Shown here in pieces: positions 38,853 to 48,344 of a stretch of 53,356 nucleotides of DNA. A program made the translations under genes and the position numbers. The stretch lies in NCBI GenBank assembly GCA_046726795.1, contig JBKPBH010000099.1, forward strand, positions 1 to 53,356, read 5' to 3'. Position 1 is the first letter of the stretch. Each line of letters opens with the position of its first letter. The notes below the pieces were generated by a model. That model did not search any database. It saw only the letters and a list, made by a program, of their open reading frames with translations, and was not told the origin of the DNA. The DNA is from Acidobacteriota bacterium (GTDB taxonomy: Bacteria; Acidobacteriota; Thermoanaerobaculia; UBA5066; Gp7-AA6).

Positions 38853-40985
38853 CTACGCCGGCGTCAGATCGGCATAGCGGGCGACGAATTTCTTCTTGCC
38901 GGCCCGGTCGAAGTAGACGGTCAGGCGGGTCTCGTCGCCGGAGCCTTCCTGAGCGAGGATCACACCGTACCCGTATCGGGGATGGCGCACCCGCCGCCCG
39001 CGCGTCAGGGAATGCGATGGGGCCTCTTCGGGCTCGGGCTCGAAGATCGTCGGACGGGCGGCGCGCGGCGCCGCGAGTTCCTCGAGGACGTCGGCTGGAA
39101 TCTCTTCCACGAACCGGGAGGGCGTGCGGTACTGAACCTTCCCGTAGACGAGCCGCCGCCCGGCGAGGGTCAGGGTCAGCTCGTCTCGGGCGCGGGTCAT
39201 CCCGACGTAGAGGAGGCGGCGCTCCTCCTCGAGCTCCTCCGGGTCCTCCCGCGACTCGCCGTGCGGCAGGTATCCCTCTTCGAGCCCGACGACGAAGACG
39301 GCCGGGAACTCCAATCCCTTGGCCGCGTGGAGCGTCGAGAGCGTCACGGCACCCTCCCCCGAAGCCACGACGTCGGTGTCGGTGGCGAGCGAGACCGTGT
39401 CGAGGTAGTCGGCGACGGTCGCGCCCTCCGCGCTGCGGCGCTCGAATTCCCGCGCCGAGTTGACGAGCTCCTGGAGGTTCTCGCGCCGCGCGATGTCCTC
39501 CCGGTCCTCGCTGTTCTCGTAGAGCGCCGCGTAACCCGTGGCCTCGAAGAGATGCTCGACGAGCGCCGACGGGGAATACGTTCGCGCCTTCTCCCGCAGG
39601 TCGTCGACGAGCGCGCGGAACCGCGCGAGCCCGACACGCGCCCGGTCGGGCAGCCCGACCGGGGGATTTCCCGAGACGTCCCACCAGGACCGCCCCGTCT
39701 CGCGCGCCGCCGCGGCCAGGCGGTCGAGCGTGGCCGAGCCGATGCCTCGCGCGGGGACGTTGACGACGCGGCGGAAGGCCAGATCATCCTCGGGGCGCAC
39801 CGCGAGGCGCAGATAGGCGACCGCGTCCTTGACTTCCGCCCTCTCGTAGAACTTCATTCCGCCCACAACGACGTAGGGGATGCGACGCCGGACGAGCTCT
39901 TCTTCGAACGGGCGGGACTGGGCGTTCGTGCGGTAGAGCACAGCGACATCGCCCGGCCGCCGGCCTCCTTCGGCGATTGCCCGGGCGACTGCTTCCGTCT
40001 CCTGCCGGTCCTCCTCGAAATGGGCCAGGCGCACCCGAGACCCGTGCCCGCGGTCGGCGCGCAGGACCTTGGCCCGGCGCCGCCGGTTGTTCGCGACGAC
40101 GCCGGAGGCCGCGCGCAGGATCCCGTCGGTCGAGCGGTAGTTCGTCTCGAGGGTGACGATGCGTGCCCCCGGAAAGTCCTGGTCGAAGCGGAGGATGTGC
40201 TCGACCTCGGCGCCCCTCCAGCGGTAGATGGCCTGGTCCTCGTCGCCGACGGCGCAGAGCGAGTCCGCCCCTTCCCCCAGGAGCTTCACCAGGGCGTCCT
40301 GCGCGGCGTTGGTGTCCTGGTATTCGTCGATCAGGAGGTGCCGGATGCGCCGCCGCTCGGAGGCCTGGACGTCGAGACGCTCCCGCAGGAGGCGCACGGA
40401 GCGCGCGATCAGGTCATCGAAGTCGAGCGCCCCCGCCGCCGCGAGCTTCTTCTCGTACAGGCGGTACACCGCGGCGACCTTCTCTCCCGCGAAATCCGCG
40501 TGCGTCTCTTCGAACCGCTCGGCGGTGACGAGCGCGTTCTTGGCGTGCGAGATGCGTGCGCGCACGGCGCCTGGCGGCAGGATCTGCTCGGAGATCTGCA
40601 AATCCGACATGGCCTCCTTGACGAGCGCGAGCTGGTCGGCGGAATCGGCGATCGAGAACCGGGGAGGCAGTCCCGCGTCGGCCGCTCGGCGGCGGAGCAA
40701 CCGGAGAGCCCAGGCGTGGAACGTCCCCACGAAGGAGAGCACGGCGGCTCCGCCGAGCAAGCGCCGGGCGCGCTCTCGCATCTCGTCCGCCGCCTTGTTG
40801 GTGAAAGTCACGGCGGTGATCGAACGCGGGTCCGCTCCCGCCTCGACCAACCTCGCCAAGCGGTGCGTGATCACGCGAGTCTTCCCCGATCCCGCCCCCG
40901 CCAGCACGAGGAGGGGGCCCTTTTGATGCAGCACGGCCTCCCGTTGCTCGGGATTCAGGCCGGCGAGGGATGGAGAGTCAGACAT
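38853..40985 (-). CDS. pcrA: ATP-dependent DNA helicase PcrA/UvrD
   Basis: LAGAGSGKT, TFTNKAA, DEYQDTN, VGDEDQAIY, NYRS, HAAKGLEF, EERRLLYVGMTRA; C-terminal Tudor-like domain. Confidence 0.96.
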   Translation of the reverse strand: MSDSPSLAGLNPEQREAVLHQKGPLLVLAGAGSGKTRVITHRLARLVEAGADPRSITAVTFTNKAADEMRERARRLLGGAAVLSFVGTFHAWALRLLRRRAADAGLPPRFSIADSADQLALVKEAMSDLQISEQILPPGAVRARISHAKNALVTAERFEETHADFAGEKVAAVYRLYEKKLAAAGALDFDDLIARSVRLLRERLDVQASERRRIRHLLIDEYQDTNAAQDALVKLLGEGADSLCAVGDEDQAIYRWRGAEVEHILRFDQDFPGARIVTLETNYRSTDGILRAASGVVANNRRRRAKVLRADRGHGSRVRLAHFEEDRQETEAVARAIAEGGRRPGDVAVLYRTNAQSRPFEEELVRRRIPYVVVGGMKFYERAEVKDAVAYLRLAVRPEDDLAFRRVVNVPARGIGSATLDRLAAAARETGRSWWDVSGNPPVGLPDRARVGLARFRALVDDLREKARTYSPSALVEHLFEATGYAALYENSEDREDIARRENLQELVNSAREFERRSAEGATVADYLDTVSLATDTDVVASGEGAVTLSTLHAAKGLEFPAVFVVGLEEGYLPHGESREDPEELEEERRLLYVGMTRARDELTLTLAGRRLVYGKVQYRTPSRFVEEIPADVLEELAAPRAARPTIFEPEPEEAPSHSLTRGRRVRHPRYGYGVILAQEGSGDETRLTVYFDRAGKKKFVARYADLTPA

Positions 40986-40998
40986 GGAGGAGAAGTTA

Positions 40999-41084
40999 TC
41001 AGGTGTCAGTCTTCGGGTTTCGGTTCCATATGAGAACGGGATTCCGCAAAAAACTGAGACCCGAAGACTGAGAACTGAGAACTA
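40999..41084. repeat. Inverted heptamer array (TCAGTTC / GAACTGA)
   Basis: tcaggtg tcagtct tcgggtt tcggttc ... aaactga gacccga agactga gaactga gaacta; contains the glmS stop. Confidence 0.88.
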
Positions 41085-42908
41085 TTCCACCGTCACGCTC
41101 TTGGCGAGGTTCCTCGGCTGGTCCACGTCGCAGCCCCTCCGCACGGCGACGTGGTAGGCGAAGAGCTGGAGCGGAATGACCGAGAGAATCGGTTGCAGCT
41201 CCGGCGCCGTCTCCGGGATCACCAGGACTTCGTCGGCGGCCGCTGCGATCTCCTCGTCGGCGCGCGTCGTGACCACGATCGCGATCCCGTCGCGGGACTT
41301 GACCTCCCGGAGGTTGGACAGGGTCTTCTCGCGCCAGTCGTCGTGGGGCGCCAGCACCACGACCGGCAGGTTCTCGTCCACCAGGGCGATCGGACCGTGC
41401 TTCATCTCCCCCGCCGGATACCCCTCGGCGTGAATGTAGGAGATCTCCTTCAGTTTCAGCGCCCCCTCGAGCGCCACAGGGTAATGGAGGCCCCGGCCGA
41501 GGAACAGGAAGTCCCGAGCGCCGTGGTATTGCCGGGCGAGCTCCTCGATCCGCCCCTCGAGCGCGAGAGTCTGGGAGGCCGCCTTGGGCAGATGCGCCAA
41601 GGCGGTCCTCTCTTCCGGCGAAAGGCCCCGGGCCAGGCCGCGGGACTCGCGCAGCTTCGCGGCCGCCAGATACAGGACGGCGAGCTGGGTCGTGAACGCC
41701 TTGGTCGACGCGACGCCGATCTCCGGCCCGGCGTGCGTCGGGAGAACGGCCTCCGCCATCCGGGCGATCTGGCTCCCCGCGACATTCACGATGGCGGCGA
41801 GCGGAGATCCCGCGCGCCGGGCCTCTCCGAGAGCGGCGACCGTGTCGGCCGTCTCTCCGGATTGCGAGATCCCGATCGTGAGTGTGCGGCCGTCCACGAC
41901 GGGCCGGCGGTAGCGGAACTCGCTGCCGTAGTCGACCTCGACCGACAGCCGGGCCATTCTCTCGATGAGAAACTTGCCGATCAGCGCGGCGTGCCACGAG
42001 GTGCCGCAGGCGAGCAGCAGGACGCGCTCGTAGCGGGCGACGCGCCCGGGCTCGAAGAGCTCCGAGCCGAGAGAGAGCTCGCCGGACTCGAGCGACACTT
42101 TTCCTCCCATCGTCTCGGCGAGCGCGGTCGGCTGCTCATGGATCTCCTTCAACATGAAATGGCGGTAGCCCCCCTTCTCGGCGGCCACCGCGTCCCAAAG
42201 GATCCGGTGCGGCACACGGCGGACCGCCCGGCCCTCCGGATCGCAGATGCGGACCGCCGAGGCGTCCACGCGTGCCAGGTCTCCCTCCTCGAGGAAGACG
42301 ACGTCCCGCGTCCACGGCGCGAGCGCCACGGGGTCGGAGGCGACGAAGTTCTCGCCCGAGCCGAGCCCGAGGACGATGGGAGGGCCCGACCGGGCCGCGA
42401 CCAGGACGCCGGGCTCGCCGCTCGAGGCGACGACGACCGCGTAGGCGCCGGAGAGTCGGCCGCACGCACGCCGGACGGCGGTGAGCAGGTCCCCTTCGAG
42501 CGCCTCCTCGACTTCGTGGGCGAAGACCTCCGTATCGGTCTCGCTCGAGAACCTGTGGCCCACCGCGGCGAGGGCGGCCTTGCGTTCGGCGAAGTTCTCC
42601 AGGATCCCGTTGTGGACCACGACGACCCTCCCCGTGCAGTCGGTCTGCGGGTGCGCGTTGGCCTCGGTGGGCCTCCCGTGGGTCGCCCACCGCGTGTGCC
42701 CGACGCCGGTCGTGCCGGGAGACGTCGAACCCGCCAGCCGCGCAAGCAGGTTGGAGAGTTTGCCGGGGCTACGATGGATCGCGAAGGCGCCGTCGGAAAG
42801 GGTCGCGATGCCGGCGGAATCGTAGCCGCGGTACTCGAGCCGCTTGAGCCCCTCCAGGAGCAGTGGCGCCGCTTCCTTTGGCCCGACGTAGCCGACGATG
42901 CCGCACAT
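41082..42908 (-). CDS. glmS: Glutamine--fructose-6-phosphate aminotransferase
   Basis: MCGIVG, LEYRGYDSAG, GHTRWATHG, SQSGETAD, PRNLAKSVTVE. Confidence 0.98.
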   Translation of the reverse strand: MCGIVGYVGPKEAAPLLLEGLKRLEYRGYDSAGIATLSDGAFAIHRSPGKLSNLLARLAGSTSPGTTGVGHTRWATHGRPTEANAHPQTDCTGRVVVVHNGILENFAERKAALAAVGHRFSSETDTEVFAHEVEEALEGDLLTAVRRACGRLSGAYAVVVASSGEPGVLVAARSGPPIVLGLGSGENFVASDPVALAPWTRDVVFLEEGDLARVDASAVRICDPEGRAVRRVPHRILWDAVAAEKGGYRHFMLKEIHEQPTALAETMGGKVSLESGELSLGSELFEPGRVARYERVLLLACGTSWHAALIGKFLIERMARLSVEVDYGSEFRYRRPVVDGRTLTIGISQSGETADTVAALGEARRAGSPLAAIVNVAGSQIARMAEAVLPTHAGPEIGVASTKAFTTQLAVLYLAAAKLRESRGLARGLSPEERTALAHLPKAASQTLALEGRIEELARQYHGARDFLFLGRGLHYPVALEGALKLKEISYIHAEGYPAGEMKHGPIALVDENLPVVVLAPHDDWREKTLSNLREVKSRDGIAIVVTTRADEEIAAAADEVLVIPETAPELQPILSVIPLQLFAYHVAVRRGCDVDQPRNLAKSVTVE

Positions 42909-42921
42909 ATAACGGATTATG

Positions 42922-43066
42922 CAGGTCTCAGGGACGAGGTGTCAGGGAAAAACAGGTGTCAGGTGCCAGGTGTTAGGTGCCAGGGACGAGGGCCGCTACG
43001 CGTTGGCTCAACCCGACACCTAACACCTGAAACCTGCGTTTCACCTGACACTTTCAACCTGGCACC
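42922..43066. repeat. Inverted heptamer array (CAGGTGT / ACACCTG)
   Basis: caggtgt caggtgc caggtgt taggtgc cagg ... cccgac acctaac acctgaa acctg ... cctgacac ... cctggcacct. Confidence 0.88.
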
Positions 43067-44493
43067 TTTTTCTTCTTCTCACGGCGGCGGGCCACCCAGC
43101 CCTCGTCGATCGTCTGGGGGGCGCGGGTCAGGGCGAGCGCACCAGAGGGGACATCTCGCGTGATCGTAGAGCCCGCGCCGATCCAGGCGCCGTCGCCGAC
43201 CGTCACGGGCGCGACGAGTTGCGTGTCGCTGCCGATGAAGGCGTCGCGCCCGATCGTCGTGCGATTCTTCTTCTCGCCGTCGTAATTGCAGGTGATGACG
43301 CCGGCGCCGATGTTGGTCTCTTCGCCGATCTCCGTGTCTCCGAGGTAGGAGAGGTGAGACGCCTTGACGCCGCGGCGCAGCACCGCTTGCTTCGTCTCGA
43401 CGAAGTTTCCGACCCGCACGTCCTCCTCGAGAACCGTGCCCGGACGCACTCGCGCGAAGGGGCCCACGCGAGAGCGCGCCCCGATTCTCGCCCCCTCGAC
43501 GTCGCAATGTGGTCCGACCACCGCTCCCGAGGCCAGCTCCGAGTCGGCCACCCGGGTGAAGGGAAGAACCTCGCAGCCCTCTCTCAGCACGCAATGCCCC
43601 TCGAGCGAGACGAAGGGGTGGATGACGACGTCCGGCTCGAGCTCGACCCTCGGACCGATGCGAGTGGTGTTGGGATCCACGACCGAGGCGCCTGCGTCCA
43701 GCGCCCGCTCGACAGCCAGACGTCTCGCCATTTCCTCCGCGGCCGCCAGGTCTCGGCGGGTGCGGATGCCCCAGGCCTCACGCCAATCCTCCGCCTCGAC
43801 GGCCTCCACCCTTCCGGAGTCCGAGGCGAGCACGGCGACGAGGTCGGAGAGGTCCGCCCCTCCCCGGCGCCCTCGGGCGGCTCCGCCGAGGGCGGCGAGC
43901 GCGGCCCTGAGGGGGCGCCCCGCGAAGCAGTACACGCCGGCCAGGGCCTCGGCGCCCGCGGCGGCATCTCCCGCCGCGGCGATCCTGCGCACGCGGCCCG
44001 ACGCGTCCCGCACGACACGCCCGAAGTCCGCCGTGTCGGGCGGACGGAACGAGAGAATCGCGAGATCGAGGGAGCGTCGCCTCTGCCGGTCGAGCAGGGC
44101 CCGCAGCGTCTCGGCCCGCAAGAGCGGAACGCCCCCCGACAACACGACGACGGGGCTAGCGGAGCCCGGCAGACTCGCCAGCGCTTGCCGAGTCGCGTCG
44201 GCGGTTCCGCCCGGCGGGTCCTGCACGACAACGGTCACGGGACGTTCGGCCAGCTCCTGTCCGATCTCCCGGCGCGCGCGGCCGATCACGACGACCGTCC
44301 GGGCCGGCGAGAGCGTCTCCGCCGTCGCGAGGGCCGCCTCGAGAAGAGTGCGGCCGCCGACACGGTGGAGGACGCCCGGCCGCGAGGAACGCAGCCGGGA
44401 TCCGACACCGGCCGTGAGGAGGATCACGCAGGGCCGCCCTGCCCGCCCGCGCGCGGAGGGTGTTTTCTTCTTGCTCCCGCGACCCGGCTTCAC
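43054..44493 (-). CDS. glmU: GlmU-like protein: intact acetyltransferase, degenerate uridyltransferase domain
   Basis: GPFARVRPG, GNFVETK, HLSYLGD, NIGAG, NYDG; directly upstream of glmS. N-terminal motifs are altered. Confidence 0.9.
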   Translation of the reverse strand: MKPGRGSKKKTPSARGRAGRPCVILLTAGVGSRLRSSRPGVLHRVGGRTLLEAALATAETLSPARTVVVIGRARREIGQELAERPVTVVVQDPPGGTADATRQALASLPGSASPVVVLSGGVPLLRAETLRALLDRQRRRSLDLAILSFRPPDTADFGRVVRDASGRVRRIAAAGDAAAGAEALAGVYCFAGRPLRAALAALGGAARGRRGGADLSDLVAVLASDSGRVEAVEAEDWREAWGIRTRRDLAAAEEMARRLAVERALDAGASVVDPNTTRIGPRVELEPDVVIHPFVSLEGHCVLREGCEVLPFTRVADSELASGAVVGPHCDVEGARIGARSRVGPFARVRPGTVLEEDVRVGNFVETKQAVLRRGVKASHLSYLGDTEIGEETNIGAGVITCNYDGEKKNRTTIGRDAFIGSDTQLVAPVTVGDGAWIGAGSTITRDVPSGALALTRAPQTIDEGWVARRREKKKKVPG

Positions 44494-44521
44494 CGGCCGA
44501 GTATAGAACCCGCGTCGGTCT

Positions 44522-45190
44522 CTAGGAGGCCAGGAGATCCTGGAACTCGGGCGAGTCCCGGACTGGGTCGAAGTCGCGATCGTGCCGGGCCAGGATCCGG
44601 TGGCGCTGGTCCTCCTCGATCGCCCGGCGCAGATGCTCCAGGGCCGTGCCGGCCTCGCCGTTCTGCGCGTAGCAGCAGGCGAGCAGGAAGTCCACCCGGC
44701 CGGCGCCGTTCTTCCGAGCGGCGTGCTTCAAGTGCTCGATGGCCTCGGAGACGTTCCCCCGGTTCTTCTCGAGGAGCGCGGCGTAATAGAAGTCTTCCGG
44801 CTCGACGAGCGCCGGGCCCGCCGTCTTCTTCTGTCGCTCGCAGATCGCCAGGTAGATGCGGGCACGGTCGACGAGCTCTTTTTCGCCGGCGTATTTCTGA
44901 ATCAGGTCGAGGAAGTTTCGCTCAGCCTCTTCGAACTTCCGCCTCTGGAGGGCGGCCATTCCGCGGTCGAAGTCCTTCTTGGCGTTCTCGGTGTGGCGCG
45001 ACAGCTCCTTCAAAGTGAGCGGCGCCTTTGCCACGGGAGCCGCGGACGCGCCCGTCAGGCCCAGCTTCTCCATCTTCTTCTCGAGCTCGTCGATCCGAAC
45101 CGAGATGGCGTCGGCAAGCCCCTGCACGCTCATCTTTCCGGCGTTGTCCTTGAGGAACCGAACCTCCGAGTCCGTCCAGCGTTTTGTCAT
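44522..45190 (-). CDS. Myb/HTH-like N-terminal domain plus TPR protein
   Basis: ATG 45190 with SD GGAGG. N-terminus RWTDSEVRFLKDN...LGL; C-terminal TPR end LACCYA...ARHDRDFDPVR. Confidence 0.8.
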   Translation of the reverse strand: MTKRWTDSEVRFLKDNAGKMSVQGLADAISVRIDELEKKMEKLGLTGASAAPVAKAPLTLKELSRHTENAKKDFDRGMAALQRRKFEEAERNFLDLIQKYAGEKELVDRARIYLAICERQKKTAGPALVEPEDFYYAALLEKNRGNVSEAIEHLKHAARKNGAGRVDFLLACCYAQNGEAGTALEHLRRAIEEDQRHRILARHDRDFDPVRDSPEFQDLLAS

Positions 45191-45325
45191 GTTGGAGCCT
45201 CCGGAGAGCCCAATTGAAAAACGGCGTATTCTAGGGAGGCTTCCCCGTCCTGTCAAATCGGTCCCTCCGGCGGAGACCCGAAATTCGCGGCGCGGCTTCC
45301 TTGTTGTGCCGCGGGGAGGGAAGCC

Positions 45326-45619
45326 ATGCCCAAGACGATCCGCGTTTCCGCGTTGATTTTGACCCTGGCGCTCTCGCTGGCCCCGCTGGCCGGCGCCGGG
45401 AACGACAAGACGTCCACGGCGGCCGGGAATGTGACCAAGTTGAACGCCGCCGATCGCTCGGTCAACGTCGCCGTCCCCGACGGGTCGGAGATGCGCTTCG
45501 TCTGGACCGCCGAAACGAAGATCAACGGCACACTCGCTCCCGGCGCCAAGGTGACGGTCCGTTACACGACTCTTCCCGACGGCCAGAACCTGGCTCATCA
45601 GATCAGCGTCGGCAAGTAG
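45326..45619 (+). CDS. Small exported protein, probable OB-fold
   Basis: SD GGAGG, signal peptide, GNVTKLN...TKING-LAPGAKVTVRY pattern. Confidence 0.75.
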   Translation: MPKTIRVSALILTLALSLAPLAGAGNDKTSTAAGNVTKLNAADRSVNVAVPDGSEMRFVWTAETKINGTLAPGAKVTVRYTTLPDGQNLAHQISVGK

Positions 45620-45758
45620 CCCCCGGCGGAGGGAAGTAGGTCCCGGCGGAGGAGCCGGGGGGCCTTTGAACTCTCTCTTCGAGCGCGCGCGGCCGATCCG
45701 CCAGGCGAACCGGACTCTCTTCGCGCGCGCTCGCTTCAAATGTTAAGATCGGCGGCCT

Positions 45759-46031
45759 ATGGGAATGTACATCATTGCCGAGCCGTGCATCGGCACGAAG
45801 GACACCGCGTGCGTCGACGTGTGTCCTGTTGACTGCATCCATCCTCGCAAGGACGAAGCGGATTTCTCGTCGGCCGAGATGCTCTACATCGACCCGGACG
45901 TCTGTATCCAGTGCGGCAACTGCGAGCCGGCCTGTCCTGTGACCGCGATCTTCACAGAGGAGACGGTCCCCGACAAGTGGAAGCACTTCTTGCAGGTCAA
46001 CGCCGACTGGTACAAGAACCGCCAGACCTGA
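45759..46031 (+). CDS. 7Fe-type ferredoxin
   Basis: CIGTKDTACVDVCPVDCI and CIQCGNCEPACP. Confidence 0.93.
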   Translation: MGMYIIAEPCIGTKDTACVDVCPVDCIHPRKDEADFSSAEMLYIDPDVCIQCGNCEPACPVTAIFTEETVPDKWKHFLQVNADWYKNRQT

Positions 46032-46052
46032 GCCGGAAACCCGCCTCCCGTC

Positions 46053-46811
46053 TCAGGACTTCGGGTTCAGAACCTTCGCGAGAAACCCGTTCGCGCGTGC
46101 GTCGGCGTCCTTCGCGTCGGCCGGCCGGAAGGTTTTGGGATCCTTCGAGGACGCGAACCCGTGGCCGGCCTCCGGGTAGACCTTGAAGTCCACGTTCTTG
46201 CCGAGCGCCTTCGCCTTGCGCTCGAACTCTTGGACACTCGCCGGCGGGATCCCTTCGTCCTTGCCGCCGAAGTTGCCGAGCAGCGGCACCTGCAGGCTCG
46301 CGATCTTCGCGTCGTCGGTGACGAGGCGGCCGTAGTCGATCACCGCGCCTGCCAGCGCGGGCTCGGCGAGCGCCAGAGCGAGCGAGTAGCCTCCCCCCAT
46401 GCACCAGCCAATCGAGGCGATCCGCTTGGCGTCCACGTCCGGCCGGGATCTCAGATAGGCCACGGCCGCCTGGAGGTCCCGCATCGCGCGGTCCTCGGGC
46501 ATCCCGCGCATGAGCTGGTGCGCCACGTCCGGGTCGGAGGTGACCTTGCCGCGGTAGAGGTCTGGAGCCAGGGCCACATATCCCTGATTCGCGAAGCCCT
46601 CCGCCTTCGATTTGATGAAGTCGTTCAAGCCCCACCATTCCTGGATCACGACGACAGCGGGCTTCCTGCCCGTCCCTCTGGGTGCCGCGAAGTAGCCCGA
46701 GACCGTTTCCGGGCCGCTCGCGTAGGAAACCATGTTGCCCGCTTCGGCGGCGGCCGCTGCGGTGAGCCCGAGAAGGGCGATCGAGAGTCCGACAAACTTG
46801 CGGATCATCAT
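46053..46811 (-). CDS. Dienelactone hydrolase family protein with signal peptide
   Basis: QEWWGLN, APDLY, GWCMGG, AGHGF. Confidence 0.92.
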   Translation of the reverse strand: MMIRKFVGLSIALLGLTAAAAAEAGNMVSYASGPETVSGYFAAPRGTGRKPAVVVIQEWWGLNDFIKSKAEGFANQGYVALAPDLYRGKVTSDPDVAHQLMRGMPEDRAMRDLQAAVAYLRSRPDVDAKRIASIGWCMGGGYSLALALAEPALAGAVIDYGRLVTDDAKIASLQVPLLGNFGGKDEGIPPASVQEFERKAKALGKNVDFKVYPEAGHGFASSKDPKTFRPADAKDADARANGFLAKVLNPKS

Positions 46812-46840
46812 TCCTCCTCTCTTTCGCTAATCTTATTGCG

Positions 46841-47338
46841 ATGAATCGCGAGTCAGTCCTCTTTCCGGTCGAAGAGCCGGACGGCGAGGCGAGCCTGCAG
46901 AGGCTGTACGACCGCCTCGCCGTTCGATTCGGCCTGGATCCCGCGCGTGTCCGTCTCTCGAGCCGCAAGCTGACCGGAGGCGAGATCGTATACGGCCCGC
47001 CGCACCGGATCACCATATCCGGGCACCTTTCGCTCGCGGAACGAGAGGAGACACTCCGGCACGAGGCGGCGCACGCGTGGGCGTTCCGCCGGAAGGGCCC
47101 CCGCGTCGGACACGGTCCGCTCTTCAAGAGACTGGCACAGCAGATCGGAGCGAAGAAGGGCGCGGCGCCGGAGACCCCCGCCCTGGCCGCTTTCCGCGAG
47201 CGACGCACGATCGCGTACCGATGCGCCGGATGCGGCGTGCTCTTCCGGAGGATCCGCCCGTTCCGCGGCGCTCGGGACTGCCTGGCGTGCTATCGCGCCG
47301 GAAGGCCCTCTCGCTTGAAGAGGGTCCGTAGTCCGTAG
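46841..47338 (+). CDS. SprT-like zinc metalloprotease
   Basis: TLRHEAAH, GHGPLF, C-terminal CxxC...CxxC ribbon. Confidence 0.85.
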   Translation: MNRESVLFPVEEPDGEASLQRLYDRLAVRFGLDPARVRLSSRKLTGGEIVYGPPHRITISGHLSLAEREETLRHEAAHAWAFRRKGPRVGHGPLFKRLAQQIGAKKGAAPETPALAAFRERRTIAYRCAGCGVLFRRIRPFRGARDCLACYRAGRPSRLKRVRSP

Positions 47339-47401
47339 TCATTCAGTCCATATTGCGTAGTCACGATCCGACAAAGGACCAAGGACTGAGGACCAAGGAC
47401 T
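47323..47401. repeat. Inverted heptamer array (AGTCCGT / AAGGACY)
   Basis: ggtccgt agtccgt agtc ... aaggacc aaggact gaggacc aaggact; contains the SprT stop. Confidence 0.85.
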
Positions 47402-47426
47402 CGTCACCCGAAATACGATAGCGCGC

Positions 47427-48344
47427 GTGACGAGCTTCCCTGCCGGTTATCACATCGGCCATTGGACCGACTCGACGCGCCGCACCGGCTGCACAGTCAT
47501 CCTCCCTCCGGCCGGGACGACCGCGGCCGTGGACGTCCGCGGAGGCGCGCCGGGGACCCGCGAGACCGGGGTGTTTACGCCCGGCAACCTCGTTTCCGAG
47601 ATCCACGCGCTCGTCTTCGCGGGCGGGAGCGCCTTCGGTCTGGCCTCGGCGAGCGGCGTGACGTCCTGGCTCCGGCGCCGCGGCGTCGGATTCGCCATGG
47701 GACCGGCCCGGGTCCCGATCGTCGCCGCGGCGATTCTGTTCGACCTCGGCGTCGGAGAGGCCGGCGCCTACCCCGACGAGGCGGCGGGCGAGGCGGCGTG
47801 CGAGGACGCGCGCGGCGGCGAGATCGAAACGGGCGCGGTCGGGGCCGGCAGCGGAGCGACCGTCGGTAAGGTGCTCGGGGTCGCGCGGGCGTCCCGCGGG
47901 GGCGTGGGGGCGGCCTCGGTGGCAATCCGCGGCGGGCACGGCGTCTCGGCCCTGGTGGCCGTCAACGCCTTCGGCGACGTGGTGGATCCCGAGAGCGGGA
48001 GGCGCCTGGCGGGAGCCCGCGGTGAGGGAGAGCTCTTCTCGACGGCCCGCGCCCTGTGCGAGGCGGATCTGAGGGAGAGCCCGCTCGCTGGAGCGCACAC
48101 GACGCTCGTTTGCGTCGCGACGGACGTTCCCTTCGAGGCGGGGTCTCTGAAGCGCGTGGCGATCGAGGCGCACGACGGGCTCTCGCGCGCCGTCCGCCCC
48201 GCGCACACGGTCGTAGACGGCGATATCGCCTTCGCTCTCGCCCCCGCCGGCCAGCCTCCTCCTCTGCTGACGAGACTGCGCGTTGGGACTGCGGCGGCGG
48301 AGGCCGTGGCGCGGGCGATCGTGAATGCGGTCACAGCGCCGTGA
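47427..48344 (+). CDS. P1/S58 (DmpA-like) peptidase
   Basis: TGCTVIL, DVRGGAPGTRET, GGSAFGL, GAGSGATVGK, VNAFGDV, PAHTVVDGD. Confidence 0.92.
   Translation: MTSFPAGYHIGHWTDSTRRTGCTVILPPAGTTAAVDVRGGAPGTRETGVFTPGNLVSEIHALVFAGGSAFGLASASGVTSWLRRRGVGFAMGPARVPIVAAAILFDLGVGEAGAYPDEAAGEAACEDARGGEIETGAVGAGSGATVGKVLGVARASRGGVGAASVAIRGGHGVSALVAVNAFGDVVDPESGRRLAGARGEGELFSTARALCEADLRESPLAGAHTTLVCVATDVPFEAGSLKRVAIEAHDGLSRAVRPAHTVVDGDIAFALAPAGQPPPLLTRLRVGTAAAEAVARAIVNAVTAP

Noticed and set aside
7540-41084. G-U wobble strand bias as proof that the heptamer hairpins act as sense-strand RNA
   Set aside because: Sites 7540, 17387 and 31212 favour the sense strand but 35465 and 40999 favour antisense, so the signal is inconsistent.
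42909-43053. glmS ribozyme upstream of glmS
   Set aside because: The region is a heptamer array, and a -10-like box lies 7 nt from the ATG, leaving no room for a ribozyme leader.
45680-45733. 12-bp inverted repeat CGAGCGCGCGCG/CGCGCGCGCTCG
   Set aside because: A low-complexity CG run with no T tail; its function cannot be supported.
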